A stretch of 64,000 bases of DNA. Source: Candidatus Bathyarchaeota archaeon. Lineage in GTDB: Archaea > Thermoproteota > Bathyarchaeia > TCS64. Shown piece by piece: positions 1 to 10,431 of the stretch (position 1 is its first letter; each line of letters begins with the position of its first letter). Location: NCBI GenBank assembly GCA_963780545.1, contig CAWACK010000016.1:92149-156148 (forward strand). The letters are read 5' to 3'. The position numbers were made by a program, and so were the translations under genes. Below the pieces are notes generated by a model, which was given only the letters and a program-made list of their open reading frames with translations, was not told the origin of the DNA and made no database searches.

Positions 1-86
1 GGGAGGTCCGCGCCATAGGCATCGGTGAGGATGAGGTCAGGAAGATATTTTACGGAAACGCCGCGAGGCTACTCAAACTTAATTGA
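1..86 (+). CDS. 3' end of an amidohydrolase-family protein (partial; start lies upstream of the window)
   Basis: A frame-3 ORF runs from the window edge to TGA at 84-86. Its C-terminus ...EDEVRKIFYGNAARLLKLN resembles the conserved C-terminal helix of TIM-barrel metal-dependent amidohydrolases. Confidence 0.35.
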   Translation, partial: EVRAIGIGEDEVRKIFYGNAARLLKLN

Positions 87-173
87 GTTTGATATGAAAA
101 ATTTTTTATGCGCTTAAGATAATTCTCGCGCTCACTGAATAGGGTTTATACCAATCGATCCTTTTAGAACTAT

Positions 174-542
174 TTGATTATTATGGGTAGTCCTGAGTCA
201 TCCTTCACGAGAGTCGCTGAAACCTCCGAAATTCCAACAGGAAAGATGAAGATGGTGAAGATTAGGGATGAAGAGATCCTGATCATTAATTTAGATAATG
301 TTTTCTATGCTATCGCTAACCGCTGCTCACATAGAGGTGGAGATCTCTCCAAGGGATCTTTGGAGGGTAAAATTCTTACGTGCCCCGTTCACGGCTCAAG
401 GTTTGACGTTACAAGTGGGAAAAACGTCTTGGGGCCAAAACTCTTTATGTTTAGGGGCAACACGAGTGGTTTGAAAACTTACGAATTAAAGGTAGATGGA
501 AACAACATCCTAGTTTACCAACGAAGTTCATGGGGAGTATAA
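174..542 (+). CDS. Rieske [2Fe-2S] domain protein (small ferredoxin-like subunit)
   Basis: CSHRGGDL ... CPVHGSRFD gives the CxH...CxxH Rieske signature at about the usual 17-residue spacing. Size is 122 aa. Confidence 0.75.
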   Translation: MIIMGSPESSFTRVAETSEIPTGKMKMVKIRDEEILIINLDNVFYAIANRCSHRGGDLSKGSLEGKILTCPVHGSRFDVTSGKNVLGPKLFMFRGNTSGLKTYELKVDGNNILVYQRSSWGV

Positions 543-763
543 AATTATTTAAAAAAATTAATGAGAAGTGAGGGAAGGAAATAAGAATTTTTAGAAAAGA
601 AGCTTCCTTTCTCCATATTTCACGCCTTCTATTTGCGTGCGCACATGAATACGGAGCCTATAGAATACAGGCGAATTGCATTTATGAGAAAAATCACGGA
701 TCCTTTCAGTTATTTAGATTAATTAAATCCTCCCGCTAACGCGATTATTTTAAATTGGTCTAA

Positions 764-1936
764 TTATTGTGAAGAGTCGACGTTTCTCTCACTTTTCGCT
801 AGCATCCAAGCTAATGGAAGCATAGTTAGTGCAAGAACCGCGAGAAGCCGATATAGAATAGCTGGACTGTAGTTTTCAGCTATCGCCCCCCCAATAGCTG
901 GACCAAGCAACATCCCTAATCCATAGATGCCCTCATGCATTCCCATGGCGGAGCCAAGGGCGGATCTGTCACAGTTTGCAGCAATATAGTTCATCATTAA
1001 GGGAGTCATGATGCCTGAGGCAAGGCCGTACATCGCAAGTGAGATAGCATAGCCCACAACAGATCCTGCAAATGAGAAGATTAACATTCCACTGAACAAC
1101 AGCAAAGAGGAAATGATGATGGATTTTTTTACACCTAACGTGACGAATCTCTTAGAGTTTAGGAAGCCGATCCCTCTAACTCCGTTGGTCATCGTTATTA
1201 GGAAACCTACGAGGGCGGATGCCAGACCGATATTTTTTAGATAACCGGGCACGATGGCCATGTATATCCCTAAGATTGTTGAGAAAGGAAGTAAAACTGC
1301 ATAGGCAAGCATTAGGGGCCTTAGAGGTGCCAGGTTAAACCCCATAGATCCAGTTTTGTTCCTTAGCTTGATGGATGGCCTAATTCTGAAATATACTATG
1401 GTTACGCTGATTATTATGAGGGCTGATAAAGAGACGAACAGCGTCAGCCAGCCGAAAGCGTCGGAGATTAGTCCACCAATATATGGTCCAACTATGAAGC
1501 CGAGAATCCACGAGATGTTATAATTACTCATCGACTGGCTTAGGCGTTCGGGGGGAGATATGTCTGCAGTCATGGTTTCGGCTGACACCCAGAACGATGC
1601 GGACACTAATCCCGCGAGTGCGCTCCAAGCGATGAGTAGGGCAACCTGCCTCATAGCACCGAAGAGAACGACTACTAATGCCCCAACAACCATGAAGCCG
1701 AGGTATATCTTCACCCTCTCGAACCTGTCGAGCAGGTAACCCAAGGTTAATGTGGCGACCATATAGATGAGATTCCGTGAAAGTCCTATGAGGCCTAGGT
1801 CGACGTAGTTGGCTCCCAAAATAGATGCATATACGGGGAGAAGGAAGGTTACTGTGCCGAGCCCCGTCGCGGTGAGAAATACAGTCAGGTTTAGGGTTCG
1901 CAGGAGTTTTATCTTGTCATCATCGGTCAAAGCCAT
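764..1936 (-). CDS. MFS transporter
   Basis: 390 aa with about 12 hydrophobic spans. G/A-rich helices and a D/R loop motif between TM2 and TM3 are typical of the major facilitator superfamily. Confidence 0.8.
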   Translation of the reverse strand: MALTDDDKIKLLRTLNLTVFLTATGLGTVTFLLPVYASILGANYVDLGLIGLSRNLIYMVATLTLGYLLDRFERVKIYLGFMVVGALVVVLFGAMRQVALLIAWSALAGLVSASFWVSAETMTADISPPERLSQSMSNYNISWILGFIVGPYIGGLISDAFGWLTLFVSLSALIIISVTIVYFRIRPSIKLRNKTGSMGFNLAPLRPLMLAYAVLLPFSTILGIYMAIVPGYLKNIGLASALVGFLITMTNGVRGIGFLNSKRFVTLGVKKSIIISSLLLFSGMLIFSFAGSVVGYAISLAMYGLASGIMTPLMMNYIAANCDRSALGSAMGMHEGIYGLGMLLGPAIGGAIAENYSPAILYRLLAVLALTMLPLAWMLAKSERNVDSSQ

Positions 1937-1998
1937 AGGTTACATGGTAATTGATTCGGGTATAAGCTCTAGGGGACGGTATTTCCGATGCAATTATA

Positions 1999-3315
1999 TT
2001 ACAAACTTGGCGCGTGCGATTGGTTTGGGGGAATGCGCTTATGTTCTAATATTCTGATAATGAGCGCTGTCAATGCTGTGATACCAACTGCAGCGGCTGC
2101 TGCAGCCGCCCATGAAGCACTTAGACTTGTTACCTTGTTAACTGATGAGTATTTCAGGAGGAATGCCTGCGAGTCGTTGCCTTCGCTGTACGTTATGCCA
2201 GAAACATAGATGTCATTCCCGTCTGTAGCCACTGAGCGGGCCGACTCCGCCTCTCTGCCGCCCCAGGTCACATTCCAAATGGATGTCCCATCTGCTGAGA
2301 ATTTGACAACCAGGACGTCGTTGCTGAAGCCTGTTTTGTATATATATCCGACTATGTAGATGTAGTCGCTGTTTTTGGCGACTCCCCATACATATTTATC
2401 CTCCGAGTTCCCCCAAGTGACGTTGAACCTGAGACTGCCTGAGGGATCATAATCCCGTAGGACCGCGCTAGATTTTCCAGACTGATCCATTGTGGTTCCA
2501 GCCTGGTAGATGTCTCCTCCGTTGACCGATATGGACCAGCAGTCGTTTACTGGGTTACTCCCCCACTCGCGGCTCCAGAGGATGTTGCCAGCATCATCAA
2601 ACTTCGTTAGAAACATCTTAGAGCGCCACAGGTTATTCTCGATGGATTCATTTGTGCCATCAACATAGACGCCGTTACCGACACCCACGCCGAGTGCGTT
2701 AACCCCCTCTACACCGAAGGTCCTGTTCCAGGTTAGTTCCCCCGACTGATCGTACTTTAGCAAGAATGACTTCTTCGTAGTGTCATTTCCCCTGATGTAG
2801 CCTGTCACATATACTGCTCCCTCCTTATCGATTGCTATGGCCCTACCCAATGCGTCATTTACGCCTCCCCAAATTTTTGCCCACACAAGGTTTCCTTCGA
2901 AGTCATACTTGAGGAGGGCGACGTTTGCGTTGGTGTTTTCGCCAGTATAAGTATAGCCTGCTACATAGACTCCTTCAGCGTCCGCGGCCGTGGCAAAGCA
3001 CCCATTGTAGGATGGGCCTCCCCAGGTTCTATTCCAATCGAGCTCCCCGTCTCCGCTGTACTTCAATAGAAATATATTTGAGAGGCTGCCGGGGGAGCTC
3101 GTTGTTCTTCCAGCGACGTAGATGGCTCCACCGTACATGGCCACTGCATTGGCGCTTTCGTAATATTTTCCACCCCATGTTGCGGCCCAGTCTAGGTGAG
3201 TTGAATAGGGTTCATTCTCCGCTGCTCTCCACTCTGCTTGATTGATGTATATTAGGCCGCCCTCCGCCAACAACACTAGCGTGATGGCTAAGAGGACTCG
3301 TCTTGAGATATTCAT
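1999..3315 (-). CDS. Secreted/surface beta-propeller repeat protein (SBBP-type repeats) with N-terminal signal peptide and C-terminal TM anchor
   Basis: The N-terminus MNISRRVLLAITLVLLA looks like a signal peptide. There are at least 6 repeats of the form ...G(D/N)..W..TWGG...A.A...IYV(A/T)G(Y/T)T... (YVAGRT, YVAGYT, YVTGYI, IYQAGTT, IYIVGYIY, IYVSGITY), matching the PF06739 beta-propeller repeat. The C-terminal poly-Ala plus hydrophobic stretch is followed by a basic tail. Confidence 0.6.
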   Translation of the reverse strand: MNISRRVLLAITLVLLAEGGLIYINQAEWRAAENEPYSTHLDWAATWGGKYYESANAVAMYGGAIYVAGRTTSSPGSLSNIFLLKYSGDGELDWNRTWGGPSYNGCFATAADAEGVYVAGYTYTGENTNANVALLKYDFEGNLVWAKIWGGVNDALGRAIAIDKEGAVYVTGYIRGNDTTKKSFLLKYDQSGELTWNRTFGVEGVNALGVGVGNGVYVDGTNESIENNLWRSKMFLTKFDDAGNILWSREWGSNPVNDCWSISVNGGDIYQAGTTMDQSGKSSAVLRDYDPSGSLRFNVTWGNSEDKYVWGVAKNSDYIYIVGYIYKTGFSNDVLVVKFSADGTSIWNVTWGGREAESARSVATDGNDIYVSGITYSEGNDSQAFLLKYSSVNKVTSLSASWAAAAAAAVGITALTALIIRILEHKRIPPNQSHAPSL

Positions 3316-3475
3316 CTAATTTCTCGCCTTTTGAGCCCCCATTATCTGAGGGTTCGATGACGCTCTTCTATTTTATGTTAAACCTTTTTCTTTGCATCTT
3401 AGTAAGCCAGGATAAGAGCTTGAATCGATCAGTTTGTGTATGAGTCCCGACATCTTCCACGCTTACGTACGTTCT

Positions 3476-4477
3476 CTATCGCTGCGCGAGCGAAGGGTAT
3501 GTTTTTTCGATGCTCTCCGCGAGACCTCTCATGTAACCTAGGGCGTATACTTTGCCCAGCAGGTAGTAGCCCGGTTTACCCTCCTCGTATAATTCGTCTC
3601 CCTCCATCTTGGGGGCATGATCAGGTCTGATAGGGCCCTCGAATCCGGCTTCATAGTAGGCCTTCATGGCTTCGAGCATGTCCGTTGGTCCTTCACCGTG
3701 GAAGCTTTCTTGAAATCTAGGCACACTTCCAAGGACATCCCTAAAGTGGGCGAAGAAGATTTTGCCCATTCTCCCGAAGTGGCGGATCGTCGCAGGTATG
3801 TCTACCCCCATTTCGGAGAAGCAGCCTTGGCAGAAAAGTAGCCCGATATTTTTGCTGGGATAAATTTCAAGCATACGGTCGAAGGCCTCAACACTTCTCA
3901 GGATCCTAGCGAAGCCCAGTATCGGCGAGATTGGTGGATCATCCGGGTGAAGAGCAACTCTGACATCCGCCTCCTCAGCTGTGGGCAAGACGCCCTCTAG
4001 GAAATACCTGAGGTTATCCCAGGTCTGTTCTTCACCTACCACACCATACTTTGTAGGTGGAAGGTCTTTGACTAGCTCGAAGTCGAAGACCCTTGACTCC
4101 GCTCCGCCTCTGGTTCGTGATTCGGATGTGGTCATGATCTCCTCCCAGCCTGGTGGCATGTGTTGAGGTTTTATGGTTCTGATTCCAGCTCTGCCCAGGT
4201 TCTCCAGAGACTTGCAGAAGTTCTCCAGCTGCTCATTTCTGCCCGGTAGCCCCAACATTATCTTATCGATCTTCGGCCCATCTTCTAGTACATCTAGCCT
4301 TAGACCAAAATTCTCGACTCGCCTCTTCATTTCAACTAGATCCTGATATCCCCAGACCTCACCTTTGTTTGATGGTCCGTGACCTATTACATCAGTGCAA
4401 CCAAGCTGCTTTACAAGTCTCAGACTTTTGGTGGAGTAGCAGTCACCAAAGATCTCCGCAAACCTCATCTTCACCAT
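3476..4477 (-). CDS. uxuA: Mannonate dehydratase-like (UxuA family, xylose-isomerase-like TIM barrel)
   Basis: 333 aa. N-terminal ...LGCTDVIGHGPSNKGEVW... and the overall pattern resemble UxuA. It sits next to an RraA-like aldolase and an MFS permease, giving a sugar-acid catabolism context. Confidence 0.55.
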   Translation of the reverse strand: MVKMRFAEIFGDCYSTKSLRLVKQLGCTDVIGHGPSNKGEVWGYQDLVEMKRRVENFGLRLDVLEDGPKIDKIMLGLPGRNEQLENFCKSLENLGRAGIRTIKPQHMPPGWEEIMTTSESRTRGGAESRVFDFELVKDLPPTKYGVVGEEQTWDNLRYFLEGVLPTAEEADVRVALHPDDPPISPILGFARILRSVEAFDRMLEIYPSKNIGLLFCQGCFSEMGVDIPATIRHFGRMGKIFFAHFRDVLGSVPRFQESFHGEGPTDMLEAMKAYYEAGFEGPIRPDHAPKMEGDELYEEGKPGYYLLGKVYALGYMRGLAESIEKTYPSLAQR

Positions 4478-5310
4478 CCTCTCAGCACCGCCTGATGTCC
4501 TTCAACCATTCTTGGAAGTCTTTCTCTATTCGAGGCGTCCAGGACTCGGTCGATTTCGCCTGATGAGTATCGACCTTCGCTGAGTCTCAACTTGCCGAAT
4601 CGGTCACGCATACGTATATCCTCGGACCTCTCGACTACCTCCTTCGCTAGATGTGGAGGGATGAAGATTACTCCCGTTGCTGTCCCAAGAACGACGTCTC
4701 CAGGCAACACAGTGGCGCTTCCTATACGGATCGGTGTGTTGATGCCAACCAGCGTCATCTCGTTGATCGCTGTTGGGTGTAATCCTCGGCAGAAAATAGT
4801 GACATCTTTCAACTTTGACACGCCTTGATAATCTCGGATTCCTCCATCGATCACTGCGCCTGCCTTTGTCTTCGCCATTAAGGATGTCGAGAGGTTGTCG
4901 CCGATGAAGGTCCCATCTTTGATCTTGCCATAACAGTCCACAACCATGACGTCATCTTTTTGTAGCGTGTCAATAACCCACGAGTTCTGGCCACCTATCC
5001 TACCCTCTGCTTTACCGATGTTCTCTATGATCTCGTTTAAGTCTGGTCTACTGGGAACCATCCAAGCCGTGACTGCTCTACCAACGAGGTTTCGTCCGGG
5101 ATTTGTGCAGATCCAGTTACCCTCAAATTGATTATCGTAGCCTCTCGCGTGTAACACTCCCCACGCCTCCTCGGTTGTAACTAGCTTCATGCGTTCAATC
5201 AGGTCGTCGGGTACCTTCGGTCGACCATCGGAAAATCTTTCGAAAGGGTTCAGGCGAGTTAATTCAATAATCGACTTTGAGGGGTTTACTATATACATTG
5301 AATAATACAC
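4471..5310 (-). CDS. RraA-like / 4-hydroxy-4-methyl-2-oxoglutarate aldolase family protein
   Basis: Motif ...VVDCYGKIKDGTFIGDNLSTSLMAKTKAGAVIDGGIRD... fits the RraA-family G-x-A...G..G.V.DG..RD pattern. It overlaps the uxuA-like start by 7 nt, so the two are probably an operon. Confidence 0.55.
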   Translation of the reverse strand: MYYSMYIVNPSKSIIELTRLNPFERFSDGRPKVPDDLIERMKLVTTEEAWGVLHARGYDNQFEGNWICTNPGRNLVGRAVTAWMVPSRPDLNEIIENIGKAEGRIGGQNSWVIDTLQKDDVMVVDCYGKIKDGTFIGDNLSTSLMAKTKAGAVIDGGIRDYQGVSKLKDVTIFCRGLHPTAINEMTLVGINTPIRIGSATVLPGDVVLGTATGVIFIPPHLAKEVVERSEDIRMRDRFGKLRLSEGRYSSGEIDRVLDASNRERLPRMVEGHQAVLRGW

Positions 5311-5360
5311 TTAAGCTCCACGTTTAAGAAATCCTTTGGTTTTATTGCGCAAACTCAAAG

Positions 5361-6662
5361 CTAGACCTCTATCTTCCGTGGTTCTCTTATCCTGTAACGC
5401 GCATAGATGGCGACGGGAATCATACCCACCGCCATGACTATGAAGGGCATACTAGGAGCGACCTCGTAAAGAGCACCTCCTATGATTTGGGCGATGGCAA
5501 GCGGAACAAAGAGGAGTACTCCTCCACCCCATATGGTTCCCTGAATATCGATATAGAAGCTCCCGCTTCCTACCGCGGATGTGACGCGGCCCCTCCGGTT
5601 CCTAGGCGTAAAGTCGGCGAGGAGGGACTGAAAACCGGGCAAGAGGAATGCATTTACAATGGCCACCAAAACAACAAAGACCATGAGAGTATAACTGCTG
5701 TGTAGAAACAGGAAGATGATGGAGAAGAGAGGTGCAAGAGTTAACAGTGGTATGAGTAGCTTCTTTCTGCCGATCCTATCCATCAGCCTCCCCGCTGGTA
5801 TGGCAAGGAGCATGTTGACACCCCCCTGTAGCGCTGAGGTTAACCCCCAGAAAATGACACTTACCCCTATGAAAGTGGTCGCGTAGACTACCCAGAAGGA
5901 TGAAGCTATTCCTATAAAGAACACCTGCATCACTTGTAACACTGCTAGAGCCCTAACTTCGGGGGGCATCCACCTGAGGGTCTCTATGAAGCTCCCGTAA
6001 CTGTCCTTTAAGAATCCGACGAAGTCTCGGTAGTTTATTTTCTGTATTTGCTTGGGATCGAGAGTCTCTTTGAGAGTAGCGAGCCTTAGGAAGGCGACGA
6101 TTATGCCTGCTCCGAAGCCGGTGAGGTAGATGAGGTTCATAGCGGGTATGATACCCATTTTGTCGACTAGGTAGCCTCCTATGAAGGGAGAGACGACTCC
6201 TAAGGCGGCGGGTATGCTAATTGCAAGAGCGAAGCCCTGTCCTCTCATCCCCACAGGCATCGAGTCGGCCATGAGGACAGTCAGGATTGGAGAGTAGAAG
6301 AGCACGAAGTTCTGGAAGAAGCTGGCGAAGGCAAGTGTCTCCCAGTTGGGGGCATAGGCGAAGGGGATGAAGCTGAAGGCGTAGACAAAGGTTGCTAGAC
6401 TGACGAGTCGGACCCTCCCCTGCTTATCTGCGATGTAGCCCCCCAAGGGGTAGAGGAAGAGGCCTGCAAGTGCCGCTGCAGACTTTACGAACCCTATGTC
6501 GATGGGGGACCCTCCAAGCTTCTCTATGTAGAGAGGCAAGTAAGTGGTTGGAATGTTAGTTGTGAATTGCCAGATGCAACTGCAGACTACGAGCCAGAGG
6601 AGATTGCCCCTAAGAAGCCCTATTCCGAACTCGCGCTTTGTGGATGGACTCCCCTCGGCCAT
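5361..6662 (-). CDS. MFS transporter (putative sugar-acid permease)
   Basis: 433 aa with 12 predicted TM segments of MFS style. It lies directly upstream and co-directional with the RraA-like and uxuA-like genes. Confidence 0.75.
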   Translation of the reverse strand: MAEGSPSTKREFGIGLLRGNLLWLVVCSCIWQFTTNIPTTYLPLYIEKLGGSPIDIGFVKSAAALAGLFLYPLGGYIADKQGRVRLVSLATFVYAFSFIPFAYAPNWETLAFASFFQNFVLFYSPILTVLMADSMPVGMRGQGFALAISIPAALGVVSPFIGGYLVDKMGIIPAMNLIYLTGFGAGIIVAFLRLATLKETLDPKQIQKINYRDFVGFLKDSYGSFIETLRWMPPEVRALAVLQVMQVFFIGIASSFWVVYATTFIGVSVIFWGLTSALQGGVNMLLAIPAGRLMDRIGRKKLLIPLLTLAPLFSIIFLFLHSSYTLMVFVVLVAIVNAFLLPGFQSLLADFTPRNRRGRVTSAVGSGSFYIDIQGTIWGGGVLLFVPLAIAQIIGGALYEVAPSMPFIVMAVGMIPVAIYARYRIREPRKIEV

Positions 6663-6988
6663 TGTTCTGCCTTCGGTTGACTCCCCAATGAAGTGTATCG
6701 ACTATTTTAAACAGTCGAAATAGAAGCTGCCGAGTTGGATTTTATACCCATTAAAATGATTGCTATTTCGGATCAGTGCGTGCGATATCGGAAGGAGAAC
6801 TCGCAAATAACGCGCGTTACGATAACAACCTTAAGAGTAACCACTAAAACCGATGATGTTCTTGAAAAACATAATGCTCATTGATTGTTTATTAATGGTT
6901 AGCTCCATGGAATATCAACATTTTCTTAGCCAGATAATATTTGCAAGCGCGAGTTATGCGCATGTCTCTCGAGAGTTTAGGCTAGGTA

Positions 6989-7285
6989 TCATTTCTTCAG
7001 TGACTTTATCAGTTCCTCGAGTGTGATTGTTGGCATGCTGGTTATTTCGATTGTTCCTCTGCTGCCCAGCTCCACCGATATCTTGAATATTGACTCGTTG
7101 TTGGGTGCTTCGACTATGTTTACGAAGTCATATGAGCCCATTACCGCGTATTGTTCAAGGACCTTGACTCCGTAGGCCTCCAGCTCCTTGTTCACTTCCA
7201 TTATTCTCTCAGGTCGCTTCTTCAGGGTCTTTCTTCCATCACCTGTCAGCTTTGATAGGAGTACGTACTTCGCCAATGCATTCAC
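6989..7285 (-). CDS. GYD-domain protein
   Basis: 98 aa with ...MGSYDFVNIVEAPNNESIFKISVELGSRGTIEITSMP..., which fits the GYD fold (PF08734): about 100 aa with a G-x-YD core. Confidence 0.45.
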   Translation of the reverse strand: MNALAKYVLLSKLTGDGRKTLKKRPERIMEVNKELEAYGVKVLEQYAVMGSYDFVNIVEAPNNESIFKISVELGSRGTIEITSMPTITLEELIKSLKK

Positions 7286-7372
7286 CTGTTATTAATTGAT
7301 GAGAGATAGGTAATATCCTTTTTCTCTATATGTGTAACGTGTGCGCCACCATATCGCGCATTTGAAAGGTTC

Positions 7373-7798
7373 TTATTTTTTCAGCTTCTTCGTGGTGAAG
7401 GCGTCCATGAGCTTCGTTCCTACTGCATGGTATGTGCCTGTGGAGGAGGTGAAGATTATTGGCTTCACCTTCTCGATGTCTATTGCTCCTTTCTCGTTTA
7501 GGACTCTTTCATCGGCTTTGACATCTATGATCTCGCCCACAAATTCGGTGTGGAGACCTAGCTCTAAAATATCCTTTACGCGGCACTCGATTACGACTGG
7601 GAACTCTTCAACATATGGAGCATCGACCTTGCTTCCTCTTACTGGTGTGAGGTGTGCCATCGCAAATTTGTCGGTGTCGCGTCCGGAAGATAACCCTATC
7701 CAATCCGCCTCCATGACATGCCGCTCGGATGGTATGCTCATCACAACTATGTTGCGCAATTCAAATTTGTTGAAAACATCAAAGCCTCGCCTCCCCAC
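7373..7798 (-). pseudogene. Flavin reductase-like (Flavin_Reduct / FMN-binding split barrel) gene, C-terminal fragment; its 5' part, upstream of 7740, is derived from the inserted island
   Basis: From ...SIPSERHVMEADWIGLSSGRDTDKF... to ...HTEFVGEIIDVKADERV... it matches the C-terminal half of flavin reductase domain proteins. The N-terminal half lies 4 kb away at 11745-12008 on the same strand. Confidence 0.6.
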
Positions 7799-7900
7799 AC
7801 GCGAGAAAATTCGACCCCCTTTACTATGATATTATATATAAAAGGGGTAGTAAAAAAACAAAATTTAGTTATTATGCGTTATCGGGACATTTAGTATTAT

Positions 7901-8365
7901 TTGATTTTTATGTTTTGCCTTAATTCCTCATATGCAATACTTCACACTATAATCAATCAAGTGTTGCACAATTTGGTGAAGCGCGGTAGAAAAGCGAAGA
8001 TAACCGCCGAGATTTTTATAAATGTTGTAAAGAAGAAGCGAACATTATCTGATTCAGTTTTATGTGAAGTTCTAGGAATCAATAGATCCACCATTTACAG
8101 ATTTAAAATGAATAATCCAATTATTATAAAAGAGATGGATGATTTTATCAAGCAATATGAGAATGTAGTATTTAATGGTAAAGTAAGTATAGATGTATTT
8201 TATAACATATCAGAAATAAAAGATTGGATTGAGATACTTAAACAAAGGCAAGTTAGTTCTAGAGAGATACAAACATCAGTTAGGTCTTTATATAATGTAT
8301 GTAACGCTTTACAGGTTCCTCCTAAAAATCTGAATGTGGAATTAGTAAGTAACTTTAGTGAATAA
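7901..8365 (+). CDS. Small HTH DNA-binding protein of the island (excisionase/regulator-like)
   Basis: 154 aa. The segment ...RTLSDSVLCEVLGINRSTIYRFK... is a classic helix-turn-helix. It sits just upstream of the integrase. Confidence 0.45.
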   Translation: MIFMFCLNSSYAILHTIINQVLHNLVKRGRKAKITAEIFINVVKKKRTLSDSVLCEVLGINRSTIYRFKMNNPIIIKEMDDFIKQYENVVFNGKVSIDVFYNISEIKDWIEILKQRQVSSREIQTSVRSLYNVCNALQVPPKNLNVELVSNFSE

Positions 8366-8502
8366 TATAAAAATGCTGAAAAGAGATGGTTTAGAAGTAC
8401 CTAATGGATTGGCTTATACATCAATTAGAAGTGCAATTAGAAGCTTCTTTACATTAGTGTTAGGCATTAGTGGTGAGATACTAGTCCGCTAAAGGAATTG
8501 AT

Positions 8503-9215
8503 ATGAGTGCTAGTGAAGGAAGCGGATTATTCAGCAAAGAGAGAGTTACATCAGAACAAAGAAATATATTAGAGAATAGTTTAAAGACTGTAATAGAAAA
8601 GGCTTCAAATGGTGGAATTGAATATATTAATAAAAGATGGAAAACAAAATATAATTATTATAAATCTTATATGTTATCCCAGATATATGATGAATTATTA
8701 TCTCTGTGTCAATTCTGCTATTATACAGGTACTAGAAAAACGGCTGCAATAGTAACGACTAATTTATCAAATCAAAGAATAAATATACTAAAAAAGTTTG
8801 GACAATAAATATTCTAGATAAAGGGAAAAAGGGCGGTCATAAATGGGAGAAAATATTGACTGATTGGAGTCTAATTACTTTCAGGGAATATGTGAAAAAA
8901 CGATTCAATGTAACTGACGATATATTAGAGGAAAAAGTAAGAGAATTAGGTCTAGCTTTTCCATCTGCGTATAAGAGAGAACATAGTCATAAAGATATTT
9001 CAACCATAATAAGGATAGCTCTACATCTGGCTGGTAAAGACACTGAAATACCTACACATATATGGAGGCATACATTTGCACAAGATGGATTAGAGGCAAC
9101 AAATTATAATTATGAATTAATAGCGTCATTAGGTGGATGGGAGTCAACAACAATATTAAAGAAACATTACGGTAATATGTCGGATTTAGCTAAATTAAAT
9201 GGATTAAACGAATGA
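8503..9215 (+). pseudogene. Tyrosine recombinase / integrase (XerC/D-like), split into two ORFs (8503-8808, 8856-9215) by a frameshift in a G3A5G3 run
   Basis: The first ORF ends ...CYYTGTRKTAAIVTTNL, where TG-x-R is the first catalytic Arg box. The second has HIWRHTFAQ (H-x-x-R box) and LGGWESTTILKKHYGN (catalytic Tyr). The frames differ by one, and the gap contains gggaaaaaggg. Confidence 0.6.
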
Positions 9216-10161
9216 TGGGAATAGAGATAAAAGAGGAAAAGCCTAGACCTCTAAAATGGTGATTAGATAAAAGATGTATTTTTAAGGAATCAACTGAGAT
9301 ATTCGCGCGCGCGAAGTTTCTGAATAAAATCACAGTTAATATATTATTAGTGTTATTAAATTTATATATTCAATGACGTTATTTTTCATTACGATGATTA
9401 ATAACGAATAAGGGTAAAACGATCTAAGGTTAGGTCATTGAGGTGCTTCTTGAGTACTTTATTTGTTGTAATTATAGTGATTCTTATTTCGCGCTATTTT
9501 CAATTTTTAGCAAATTACCCCCAACCATGGCTAAATAGTCACAGACGGCTCTGAGATCAAAAGTAGTAAAAAATAATTTAGAACTGTGATCGTTCACCAT
9601 CGAGGTCCTAGGAGACGCTGGTTCGCGAGTCATCAGGTTCAATTTTCGACTCGTAAATCTCAGTGATGGCAATTACAGCTCTTCACACTGGGTACAACTA
9701 ATTCGACATGTACCTTTATTCTATTTTCGGGGGAGGCTCAAACAAGTAAATAAGCCTTACTAATTCCGAGCCAATGGTTAGTATCGTAGTCATCATTCCA
9801 CCGGGTGTAGATTACACATGGCAGTTCACCTGGACTGAGTGAGTCGTTGAGTATGATCGATCTTCTTCTACCTGGCCACTATAATATTACTGGAGTACTA
9901 CATCCGGGATCAAATATAATGATAGAGACCCCAAAGACTAAGTCTAAATCTCGATACTATGAAACTATAATTATAAAAAATAATTTCTATTTTCAAGACG
10001 AATAAGGATAATTATAGAACGAGGTTTCAGATTAACCTCTAAATCCCCGTTTTTCCTATCCTTGGATATTTCGCGCGCAGCTTGGAGAGCTGTATCGGAG
10101 GAGATCCAAGGGCTTTTCGATCAATATTTATATTAATTTTAAATTTAACTAGGATCTAGAT

Positions 10162-10431
10162 TCACTTTAAATTATTCAAAATAGTTTTTCCTTTAGCTGT
10201 TAAGCAAGTTCTTTTCAATGAATGACTATAAAATATCATATCTCTTTTATATAACATTCTTTTATTGCCTACATTAATGTTATAATGTAATCCTTTATCT
10301 AATTTATTTAATTCTTCTTTATTGTAATTAACTAAATTGATATCACTAATATATTCAATTTCTTTTAATGAATCTATTTCAATTAATCCTATATTTACGC
10401 TTAACCCTCTTCCCATAATTCCTCTAGTCAT
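10162..10431 (-). CDS. Hypothetical island protein
   Basis: 89-aa ORF in AT-rich DNA with no recognisable motif. Confidence 0.25.
   Translation of the reverse strand: MTRGIMGRGLSVNIGLIEIDSLKEIEYISDINLVNYNKEELNKLDKGLHYNINVGNKRMLYKRDMIFYSHSLKRTCLTAKGKTILNNLK

Noticed and set aside
7733-7900. tRNA gene as integration target at island borders
   Set aside because: No cloverleaf-compatible sequence or conserved T-arm (GTTCRANYC) was found at either junction. The interrupted target is clearly a protein-coding flavin reductase gene.
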